Below, in pieces: positions 62,503-64,000 of a stretch of DNA of 64,000 nucleotides. Position numbers and translations under genes: made by a program. The stretch is from Pseudomonadota bacterium (GTDB lineage Bacteria > Pseudomonadota > Alphaproteobacteria > Rhizobiales > Xanthobacteraceae), in NCBI GenBank assembly GCA_040756555.1, contig JBFLYS010000006.1, positions 6,025-70,024 of the forward strand, given 5' to 3'. The notes under the pieces are model-generated. The model saw only the letters and a list, made by a program, of their open reading frames with translations. It made no database searches and was not told where the DNA came from. Position 1 is the first letter of the stretch. Each line of letters begins with the position of its first letter.

Positions 62503-63204
62503 TTACTTGAGCATCGGGCCGATCGTGACGGACATCTTGCCGATGCCCTCGACCTCGCACTCGAGCTTGTCGCCCGCGACGGTCGCGGCAACGCCCGACG
62601 GCGTGCCGGTCAAGATGATATCGCCGGCTTCGAGCGCCACCATCTCCGACAGCTTCGAGATGATTTCCGGCACGTTCCAGATCAGTTGCTCGAGATCGCC
62701 GTCCTGACGGAGCTTGCCGTTGCACTTGAGCGTGATGCGGCCCTTCTTCGGGTGGCCGGTGCGGGTCGCCGAGACCAGGGGGCCGCACGGGGCCGACGCG
62801 TCGAACGACTTGCCAACCTCCCAGGGACGCTTGATCTCGCGCGAGGCGATCTGGAGATCGCGGCGGGTCAGATCGATGCCGACGCCGTAGCCCCACACGG
62901 TGTCGAGCGCCTTGTCGACCGGGATGTTGCGGCCGCCGCTCTTGAGCGCGACCACAAGCTCGACCTCATGGTGCATGTCCTTGGTCAGCGACGGATACGG
63001 CGACACGCCGCCATCCGGAACCAGCATGTCGGGGAACTTCGAGAAGAAGAATGGCGGCTCGCGCTCGTCCTGGCCCATCTCCTTGATGTGCTCGAGGTAG
63101 TTGCGGCCGACGCACCAGACGCGGCGCACGGGGAACAGGTCCGACGATCCCTGGATCGCGAGAGCGGCCTGCGGCGGCGGGGTGATGACGTAGTTCTTGC
63201 TCAT
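62503..63204 (-). CDS. Fumarylacetoacetate hydrolase family protein
   Basis: FPVRRVWCVGRNY, PFFFSK, HHEVELVV, DLTRRDLQ, GKSFD, ILTGTPSGV. Confidence 0.93.
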   Translation of the reverse strand: MSKNYVITPPPQAALAIQGSSDLFPVRRVWCVGRNYLEHIKEMGQDEREPPFFFSKFPDMLVPDGGVSPYPSLTKDMHHEVELVVALKSGGRNIPVDKALDTVWGYGVGIDLTRRDLQIASREIKRPWEVGKSFDASAPCGPLVSATRTGHPKKGRITLKCNGKLRQDGDLEQLIWNVPEIISKLSEMVALEAGDIILTGTPSGVAATVAGDKLECEVEGIGKMSVTIGPMLK

Positions 63205-63335
63205 GAGGACGTGTTGCTTCCCGTTGGAGATGGAGAATTCGTTGATTTCATTGACGAACCCGCGCCCGGGCGCGGCTCCCGGGCGTTGCATTAACACAGC
63301 GGCTTAGTCGGTCAAAAGAGGGGTGTGGCGGGTTT

Positions 63336-63998
63336 TTACGAAGCCACCGGGATGACGGGGATCGGCTCCTGCTCCTTGATCTGGAGCCGGTAGAACGCGG
63401 CGTAGCGGCCGCCCTTGCGCAGCAGCTCGTCGTGGCGTCCGGACTCGACGATCGCGCCGTTTTCCAGAACCAGGATGCGGTCCGCGTGCGCGATCGTGTG
63501 CAGGCGGTGCGCGATGACGATGGTGGTGCGGCCTTCGCACAGATGGTTGATGGCGTCCTGCACGAGGCGCTCGGATTCTGAATCGAGCGACGCTGTCGCC
63601 TCGTCGAGCAGGATGATCGGCGCGTTCTTGATCAGCGCGCGCGCTATGGCGACGCGCTGGCGTTCGCCGCCGGAGAGCTGCGTGCCGCGCTCGCCGACCG
63701 GCGTGTCGTAGCCCTGCGGGAAGCTTGAGATGAACTCGTGTGCGTGCGCGGCCTTGGCCGCTGCGACGATCTCGTCCTCGCTCGCGCCCGGCTTTCCGAT
63801 TGCGATGTTGTCGCGGACCGTGCCGTGGAACAAGAACACATCCTGACCGACGTAAGCGATCTGATGTCGTAGGGAATTACGAGAAACATCGGCGATGTTC
63901 TGTCCATCGACGACGATTGAGCCCTTCTGCACCTCGTAGAAGCGCAGCAGCAGGTTGAACACCGTGGACTTGCCGCCGCCGGACGGGCCGACCAGCGC
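63336..63998 (-). CDS. ABC exporter ATP-binding/permease (MsbA-like), C-terminal part; 5' end beyond window
   Basis: Walker A GPSGGGKST at the window edge, LSGGERQR, ILLDEATASLD, IAHRL. Confidence 0.92.
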   Translation of the reverse strand, partial: ALVGPSGGGKSTVFNLLLRFYEVQKGSIVVDGQNIADVSRNSLRHQIAYVGQDVFLFHGTVRDNIAIGKPGASEDEIVAAAKAAHAHEFISSFPQGYDTPVGERGTQLSGGERQRVAIARALIKNAPIILLDEATASLDSESERLVQDAINHLCEGRTTIVIAHRLHTIAHADRILVLENGAIVESGRHDELLRKGGRYAAFYRLQIKEQEPIPVIPVAS

Positions 63999-64000
63999 CG

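Overview
GC-rich chromosomal window from an alphaproteobacterium (gene content and repeat types suggest Hyphomicrobiales/Rhizobiales). Core blocks are tolQ-tolR-tolA-tolB-pal, then an RND efflux pair, then cpoB-tilS-ftsH; a sigma54/NtrC-type urea operon (urtABCDE-ureDABC, ureEFG); a MarR-linked Liv-type ABC importer; and assorted catabolic, envelope and general-stress genes. I found no rRNA, tRNA, CRISPR array, transposase or integrase. The most notable items are: (1) a ~420-nt ORF-poor, densely base-paired intergenic segment after ureG (about 51195-51620) with its own sigma70-like promoter and G.U-containing helices, a candidate large ncRNA that I cannot assign to a known family; (2) a ~10-kb accessory region after ftsH, flanked by two ~89%-identical copies of the 5' end of an FkbM methyltransferase gene, with a TCCGCTT-core motif at its internal junctions; (3) inside it, a TetR-controlled module pairing an extra FabF and an SDR with a MexJK-like RND pump; (4) a palindromic repeat apparently read in frame in the UreF N-terminus. 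All product calls come from motif recognition by eye; no database searches were run.
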